Shown here: positions 58,601-64,000 of the stretch, one piece after another | Layout of the letters: each line of letters begins with the position of its first letter | How positions within the stretch are numbered: the first letter of the stretch is position 1 | From: Candidatus Multivoradales bacterium | GTDB lineage: Bacteria; Acidobacteriota; Thermoanaerobaculia; Multivoradales; JAHEKO01 | Assembly: GCA_965223155.1 (NCBI GenBank) | Contig: CBDCVR010000015.1 | Span: forward strand, 960,001-1,024,000 | DNA: 64,000 nucleotides | Reading direction: 5' to 3' | Made by a program: the position numbers and the translations under genes | Notes under the pieces: model-generated | What the model was told of the DNA's origin: nothing | The model's database searches: none | What the model saw: the letters and a program-made list of their open reading frames with translations, nothing else

Positions 58601-59596
58601 GTGTCCGGCAAGGCGGTCTTGGTTTTCAACCCGTTCGCGGGCCGGCACCGCACCGGCGAGTTGTCCCGAACGGTCGCGGCCGAGCTCGACGGGCAAGGCT
58701 TCTCGGTCACCAGCGTACCCACGCGCGGACCCGGCGATGCCACCACGCGCGCTCGGGTCGCGGCCTCGAGCGGCGCCAGCGCGGTTTTCGCTCTGGGCGG
58801 AGACGGAACGCTGCGCGAATGCGCGGCTGGCCTTGCCGGCTCCGAAACCGCGCTCGGATTCCTTCCCGCCGGAACGGTCAACGTCATGGCCTTCGAGCTG
58901 GGCTTGCCGGGGCGGCCACTCGCCGCCGCCCGCGCCCACCGGAGCTCCCGCGCCCGGGCCTTCGACGTCGGCTACGCCGGGGATGAGACCTTTCTCATGC
59001 AGTGCTCGGCGGGGTTCGACGCCCGGCTCATCGCCGAGCTCCGTTCCGAGGAGAAGCGGCGGCTGGGCCGGCTGGCGGTGCTGCCGGCGACATTGCGAAG
59101 CCTCGCTCGTTACCGGTTTCCGTCGTTCGGGGTCGAGACCGCCTCGGGCCGGAGCTCGGCCACTCTGGCGGTGGTTTCGAACATTCGGCGCTACGGCGGT
59201 CCCTGGAAGATCGCTCCGGCCGCCTCGACCGAAGATGGCGAGCTCGACCTCGTTCTCCACTCGGGATCGGGCCGCCGGGCGATCCTGGCTTTCGCGCTAC
59301 GTCTTCTCTTCGGCCGGCACCTCGCGGGACGGCACTGCCGGCTGGAGCGGGTGCGCGAAGCGACGCTTCTTCCCGCGCCGGGCGCGCCGCGGCAGCTGGA
59401 CGGCGAGCGCGGCCCGGCCGCGGAACCCCTTCGCGTCACGGTCGCCCGCCGGGCTCTCCGCATGCTGATCCCGGACCGTGCCTCAGCACGCTCGGCTGCC
59501 TCCGCTGGCTCCGCTGGCTCCGATCGCTCCGATCACTCCGCGAACTCAGTAGATTCCGAGACCGGCCCCGGCTCTGTTGGACGAGACTTCACCTAG
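58601..59596 (+). CDS. Diacylglycerol/lipid kinase family protein
   Basis: FNPFAG, GGDGT, LPAGTVN, AGFDA, QLDGE. Confidence 0.88.
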   Translation: MSGKAVLVFNPFAGRHRTGELSRTVAAELDGQGFSVTSVPTRGPGDATTRARVAASSGASAVFALGGDGTLRECAAGLAGSETALGFLPAGTVNVMAFELGLPGRPLAAARAHRSSRARAFDVGYAGDETFLMQCSAGFDARLIAELRSEEKRRLGRLAVLPATLRSLARYRFPSFGVETASGRSSATLAVVSNIRRYGGPWKIAPAASTEDGELDLVLHSGSGRRAILAFALRLLFGRHLAGRHCRLERVREATLLPAPGAPRQLDGERGPAAEPLRVTVARRALRMLIPDRASARSAASAGSAGSDRSDHSANSVDSETGPGSVGRDFT

Positions 59597-59623
59597 GGAG
59601 GCTTCTCGGCCCCTTTCTTCACG

Positions 59624-60529
59624 ATGCCCGAGCTTCCCGATCTCGAGACCTACCTGTCCGCGCTCCGCGCGCGCCTTGCCGGTCAGCGGCTGGAGGGCGT
59701 TCGGCTGGCCAGCCCCTTTCTCCTGCGCTCGGTCGAGCCGCCGCTCTCTGATACCGCCGGGCGGATGATTCTGGGATTCCACCGTCTGGGCAAACGCATC
59801 GTCTTCGAGCTCGAAGACGAGCTCTACCTGGTCCTTCACCTCATGCTCGCCGGTCGGCTCCAGTGGCGGGCGCCGCGGGCGGCAATCCCCAAGCGCCGTG
59901 GGCTTGCCGCTTTCGACGCCGCTTCCGGCACTCTTGTCTTGACCGAGGCGGGCACAACGAAGCGCGCCTCGCTCGTCTGCGTGGCTGGACGCGAGGCTCT
60001 CGCGGACCACGATCCGGGCGGCATCGAGCCGCTCGAGGTCTCGTCCGACCGCTTCGCCGAAGCGCTGACGCGGGAGAATCGGACCGTCAAGCGCGCGCTC
60101 ACCGACCCGCGCATTCTGGCCGGGATCGGCAACGCCTATTCGGACGAGATTCTGCACGCCGCGAAGCTTTCGCCCTTCAAGCGTACCCGCGAGCTCTCGG
60201 CCGCCGAACACGCGACCCTCTACAAGGCCACGAGAACCGTCCTGGCAGATTGGACCGAGCGGCTGCTGGTCGAGAGCGAGGACTCCTTCCCGAACCGGGT
60301 GATCGCCTTCCGGCCCGAGATGGCGGTCCACGGGCGCTATCGCGAGCCCTGCCCGGACTGCTCGGAGCCGATCCAGCGGATCCTCTACGCTCGGTCCGAG
60401 GCCAACTACTGCCCGACCTGCCAGACCGGCGGCAAGCTCCTTGCCGACCGGGTGCTGTCGAAGCTTCTGAAGGACGACTGGCCCAAGACCCTCGCGGAGC
60501 TGGAGGAGCGCAAGCGCCCGCCACGCTAG
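59624..60529 (+). CDS. Fpg/Nei family DNA glycosylase
   Basis: MPELP, HLMLAG, AGIGNAYSDEIL, CPDC...CPTCQ zinc finger. Confidence 0.92.
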   Translation: MPELPDLETYLSALRARLAGQRLEGVRLASPFLLRSVEPPLSDTAGRMILGFHRLGKRIVFELEDELYLVLHLMLAGRLQWRAPRAAIPKRRGLAAFDAASGTLVLTEAGTTKRASLVCVAGREALADHDPGGIEPLEVSSDRFAEALTRENRTVKRALTDPRILAGIGNAYSDEILHAAKLSPFKRTRELSAAEHATLYKATRTVLADWTERLLVESEDSFPNRVIAFRPEMAVHGRYREPCPDCSEPIQRILYARSEANYCPTCQTGGKLLADRVLSKLLKDDWPKTLAELEERKRPPR

Positions 60530-60547
60530 ACTCGGGAGCCGAGGTCG

Positions 60548-60814
60548 ATGTCGATGCCTTCTTCCAGCGATCAAGCCAGCCGCGCGCTCCTGGGGCGCTT
60601 TCTTGCCAAGCTCCGGTTCCCCCAGCTCTTCACCTTGGCCGCGGCGCTTTTCGTCGTCGACCTGGTGGTGCCGGATCTCATCCCGTTCGTGGACGAGGTG
60701 CTCTTGGCGGCCGCGACCTATCTGCTGGCGAACCTGCGCAAGCCCGAAGGGGTCTCGGCCCCGCCGGATGGTCCCAAGCCGCCGATGAAGGACATCACCC
60801 CGCCCGAGGACTAG
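60548..60814 (+). CDS. Small membrane protein (DUF6116-like)
   Basis: LRFPQLF...LFVVDLVVPDLIPFVDEVLL. Confidence 0.65.
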   Translation: MSMPSSSDQASRALLGRFLAKLRFPQLFTLAAALFVVDLVVPDLIPFVDEVLLAAATYLLANLRKPEGVSAPPDGPKPPMKDITPPED

Positions 60815-62402
60815 CCGGCGCGGCGACGGGCACAGAGCCTTCCTTGAGGAAGTGCCAGCGCAGGCGCGTTCCCGCCTCCGGCCGCTCGAAGACCTCGCGC
60901 GCGATCCGAGCCTCGAACTCGCGCAGCAGGGCCGCGACCGGAACCCCGGCGGCGGCCCGCTCCAGGACATCGGCGGCGTCCGAGCCGGCCTTGGTGATGT
61001 AAGCCTGCCAGATCGCCTGGCGCACCGGCATGGTCGAGAGCGACACGTTGGGAATCGCCCGGGCACCCTGGCGCAGCAGGGCGAGCCGGCGCTTCAAGAC
61101 GGCGGGGTCCTCGACCGTCGAGCGCTGATAGCCCGTGTACGGCTTGGGGATCAGAATGTTGACCCCGAGATGGATCGCACCCAGACGCCCGGTGGGAGCC
61201 AGCTCTTCGACCATGATCGCCTGGCACTCGCGCGCCAGCTCCAGGATCGCTTCGACATCGGCGTCGGTCTCCCCGGGGAGGCCAACGATGAAGTAGAGCT
61301 TGAGCTGGCGCATGCGGTGGCGGAAGACCAACCGTACCTTGTCGAGCAAGAGGGCGTTCGGGATCGGCTTGTTGAGCTTGACCCGGAGCGAGTCGCTGCC
61401 GGTCTCGGGCGCCAGCGTCAGCGTGCGCTCGCCCGAGGCCCTGAGCGCCGCCAGTAAACCATCGCTCACCGCCGGAATCCGGACCGAGGACAGCGAGGTG
61501 CGAAAGCCGAGCTCGTTGCCGGTTTCGAGGATTCGCTCGAGCTCCGGATGGTCGCCCACGGCGGTGGCGACGAAGCCCAGCCGGTCGGTTACGCCACGCG
61601 CCCGATCAAGGGCCCCCAGGATGAACCCGGTCGGGTGCCAGCGAAACCGCCCCATGCCGAACGTCGCCCAGCAGTAGCGGCACTTTTCCGGACAGCCGCG
61701 GGACATCTCGATCAGAAACTTGTCCGCGAACTCGGTGCGCGGGGTGACGATGGCGCTGGTGGGCAGATGTCCGGGCAGAGCCATCTGTTCGGCGGTGAGC
61801 TCGAGCTTGGCCAGTTTGGCGAAGTGTTCTCCGGCTCGAGCCTGGTCTTCGGGCCGGTGGTGCTCGGGCACGAAGAACCCGGCGGTCGCCGCCAGACGCT
61901 CGAGGACCGCCGGCCGCGAGCCTTCTTCGGCAAGCGCCGGCAAAAGCGCCGGCAAGAGGTTCTCGGCGGCACCCAGCGGAAAGACGTCGACGAACTCGGC
62001 CAGCGGCAGGGGGTTGATGGCCGCCGACGCGCCACCCACCAGAACCAGCGGATGGCTGGCGTCGCGCTCGCGCCGGCGCAGCGGGATGCGCGCCCGGGCC
62101 AGCATGTCGAGCATCCGAACGTAGTCCTCTTCGAACGAGATCGAGAAGGCCACGGCGCCCAACTCGGACAGCGGCCGGTCGCTCTCGACCGACCTCGGCT
62201 CCCCGGTGCCGTCGTCGAAGTAGCGCTCGCAGCACCAATCCTCGTACCCATGGACCAGCTCGTAGACGCGGTGAAGCGCCAGCGAGGACATGCCCACGTG
62301 GTAGCTGTTGGCATAGGCCAGGCCCAGCCGCAAGCGGCCGTGCGGCGAAACGCGCGCCACCGGACGCTCGTCCGCCCGGTGCTCTTCCCAGAACGAGCGC
62401 AT
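60795..62402 (-). CDS. Radical SAM protein (B12-binding-like N-domain)
   Basis: YHVGMSSL, EMSRGCPEKCRYC (CxxxCxxC), TLAPETGS, KLYFIVGLPGET. Confidence 0.9.
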   Translation of the reverse strand: MRSFWEEHRADERPVARVSPHGRLRLGLAYANSYHVGMSSLALHRVYELVHGYEDWCCERYFDDGTGEPRSVESDRPLSELGAVAFSISFEEDYVRMLDMLARARIPLRRRERDASHPLVLVGGASAAINPLPLAEFVDVFPLGAAENLLPALLPALAEEGSRPAVLERLAATAGFFVPEHHRPEDQARAGEHFAKLAKLELTAEQMALPGHLPTSAIVTPRTEFADKFLIEMSRGCPEKCRYCWATFGMGRFRWHPTGFILGALDRARGVTDRLGFVATAVGDHPELERILETGNELGFRTSLSSVRIPAVSDGLLAALRASGERTLTLAPETGSDSLRVKLNKPIPNALLLDKVRLVFRHRMRQLKLYFIVGLPGETDADVEAILELARECQAIMVEELAPTGRLGAIHLGVNILIPKPYTGYQRSTVEDPAVLKRRLALLRQGARAIPNVSLSTMPVRQAIWQAYITKAGSDAADVLERAAAGVPVAALLREFEARIAREVFERPEAGTRLRWHFLKEGSVPVAAPASPRAG

Positions 62403-62516
62403 TGTGGCCGCATTATTCCAGAGCCTCGGACCCGAAGCGGCGGCGCAAACCATCTTCGTTGAGGCACCGTATAGCCTTCTGTAGACTGGCTCCGCTTGTT
62501 CCGAATCACCTGTCCG

Positions 62517-63269
62517 ATGTCCGGCACGCTACTCATCATGACCCGGGGCGCGGCCGCCGAGGTCCGGCGGCGGCGGCTCCTGCCGCGAGCGGCCGGCAAC
62601 GAGCGCGTGCTCCACGCGCTGGGATTCGAGAGCGCCATGGCGGCCGGAGTCCAGGCGGGTTGCCGGATCGTCATCTCCTCTCCGGAGCCCCTGGATCCAG
62701 CGCTGACCGGCGGCGCCGTCACCCTCCGGCAGCGCGGCCGTACGTTCGGAGAGCGCTTCGCCGACGCCTTGGCCCGCGTCTTCGCCCGCTTCTCCGGGCC
62801 CGTGGTCGTGGTCGGCACCGACACGCCCGATCTCGACGCCGCCCACATCCGGCGCGCCTTCGCCGCGCTCGGATCCGGTCCCGGACGGAGCCGGGTCGTC
62901 TTAGGGCCATCCCGCGATGGCGGCTTCTACCTTCTCGGCGCCAGCCGGCCACTCGAAGACGTGGCCTGGGAGAGCGTGTCCTGGTGCTCTCGGGCCACCC
63001 GCCAGACGCTTCGCTCGGCGCTCGAACAAGCTGGCCGCGGCGTCGTCTTTCTCCGGCCCCTGGCCGACCTCGACCGGCCGGCCGATCTCGAACGCTGGCT
63101 GGCGGAGCCGTGCCGGTCGGCCGGAGACACACTCTACGCCCTGCGGCGCCGCCTCCGCGGCGAGCTCGCCCGGCCGCAGCCGAACCGGCCGCAGCCGGGC
63201 GCGGCGATCCCGGCGCACCTGGCGGAATCTCTGGCCGCGGCTCCCGACCGCGCGCCGCCTTCCGTCTGA
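62517..63269 (+). CDS. DUF2064/TIGR04282-like glycosyltransferase
   Basis: QRGRTFGER, VVVGTDTPDL, VLGPSRDGGFYLLG, LADLDRPADL. Confidence 0.85.
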   Translation: MSGTLLIMTRGAAAEVRRRRLLPRAAGNERVLHALGFESAMAAGVQAGCRIVISSPEPLDPALTGGAVTLRQRGRTFGERFADALARVFARFSGPVVVVGTDTPDLDAAHIRRAFAALGSGPGRSRVVLGPSRDGGFYLLGASRPLEDVAWESVSWCSRATRQTLRSALEQAGRGVVFLRPLADLDRPADLERWLAEPCRSAGDTLYALRRRLRGELARPQPNRPQPGAAIPAHLAESLAAAPDRAPPSV

Positions 63270-63356
63270 GCCGATCTTCGCTCCCCGTACGCGCGGCCCG
63301 GAGGCCGGCGGACGGCACGACTTGACCAGGGCAACCAGAGGAAGGAGGCGAGGCCT

Positions 63357-64000
63357 ATGACGCTCGCAGATGTGGAGAAAGCAGTCCAAGAACGATATAG
63401 CCAGGGCGCTCAGGCGCCGGTGGCCGAGCTTTGCTGTCCCGTCGACTACGACCCGAAGTACCTGGAGATCATTCCCGACGAGGTCATCGAGCGCGACTAC
63501 GGCTGCGGCGACCCCAGCCGCTACCTGCGCCCCGGCGAGACGGTCTTGGATCTGGGCAGCGGTACCGGCAAGATCTGTTTCATCGCCGCCCAGGTGGTCG
63601 GGGCCACGGGCCGGGTCATCGGCGTCGACATGACCCCCGACATGCTCGAGGTCGCCCGCCGCAACGCTCCGGTCGTCGCCGAGCGGTTGGGTTACGCCAA
63701 CGTCGAGTTCCGCCGCGGCCGGATCCAGGACCTGGCCCTGGATTGGGACTTGATGGATGAGGCGCTGGCGCTGCGGCCAGCCGCCTCCACCGAAGCGCTG
63801 CTCGAAGCCCAGGTCGCGGCTGAGAACCTGCGCCGCGAGCGGCCGCTGGTGGCCGACGGCTCGGTCGACGTGGTGGTGTCGAACTGCGTTCTCAACCTGG
63901 TCTCGAACGGGGACAAGGCCCGCCTCTTCGCCGAGATCTACCGAGTGCTGGCCGACGGTGGACGGGCGGTCATCTCGGACATCGTCGGCGACGAGCCCGT
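63357..64000 (+). CDS. ArsM-like arsenite methyltransferase (3' end outside window; absent from ORF track)
   Basis: Manual translation MTLADVEKAVQERY...ELCCPVDYDP...DYGCGDP...VLDLGSGTG...GVDMT...DVVVSNCVLNL; GAAGGAGG RBS. Confidence 0.85.
   Translation, partial: MTLADVEKAVQERYSQGAQAPVAELCCPVDYDPKYLEIIPDEVIERDYGCGDPSRYLRPGETVLDLGSGTGKICFIAAQVVGATGRVIGVDMTPDMLEVARRNAPVVAERLGYANVEFRRGRIQDLALDWDLMDEALALRPAASTEALLEAQVAAENLRRERPLVADGSVDVVVSNCVLNLVSNGDKARLFAEIYRVLADGGRAVISDIVGDEP

Overview
GC-rich bacterial window, probably Acidobacteriota (inferred from the acidobacterial-type VWA protein and general gene content). Bases 1-22.2 kb hold a tandem Rhs/YD-repeat polymorphic toxin array. It has five Rhs core copies: two full-length with a Sec-type signal peptide, one cut by the window edge and two 5'-truncated orphans. 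These carry Cys-rich variable C-terminal tips followed by membrane or lipoprotein immunity candidates, and the layout repeats at a ~13.8 kb offset. Inside the array is a complete IS110-family (IS1111-type) element at 11334-12695, inserted at a CT core in one arm of a REP-like palindrome. Its 3' non-coding end folds by eye into two internal-loop hairpins whose loops match the reconstructed target (GTATC-CT-GTCAC) and the donor junction, as expected of a bridge/seek RNA. The array ends in an abrupt fusion to a glycosyltransferase remnant. Bases 23-64 kb are mostly core genome: TonB-dependent receptor, a large OM protein, VWA protein, D-amino-acid oxidase, apaH, lhr, a kinase-glycoside hydrolase fusion, the FecR-like/mreBCD/mrdA/rodA/rng cluster, ppiD, ruvAB, Fpg/Nei, a radical SAM gene and the start of an arsenosugar-type cluster (DUF2064 plus ArsM-like). 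All calls come from reading motifs by eye; no database searches were run.
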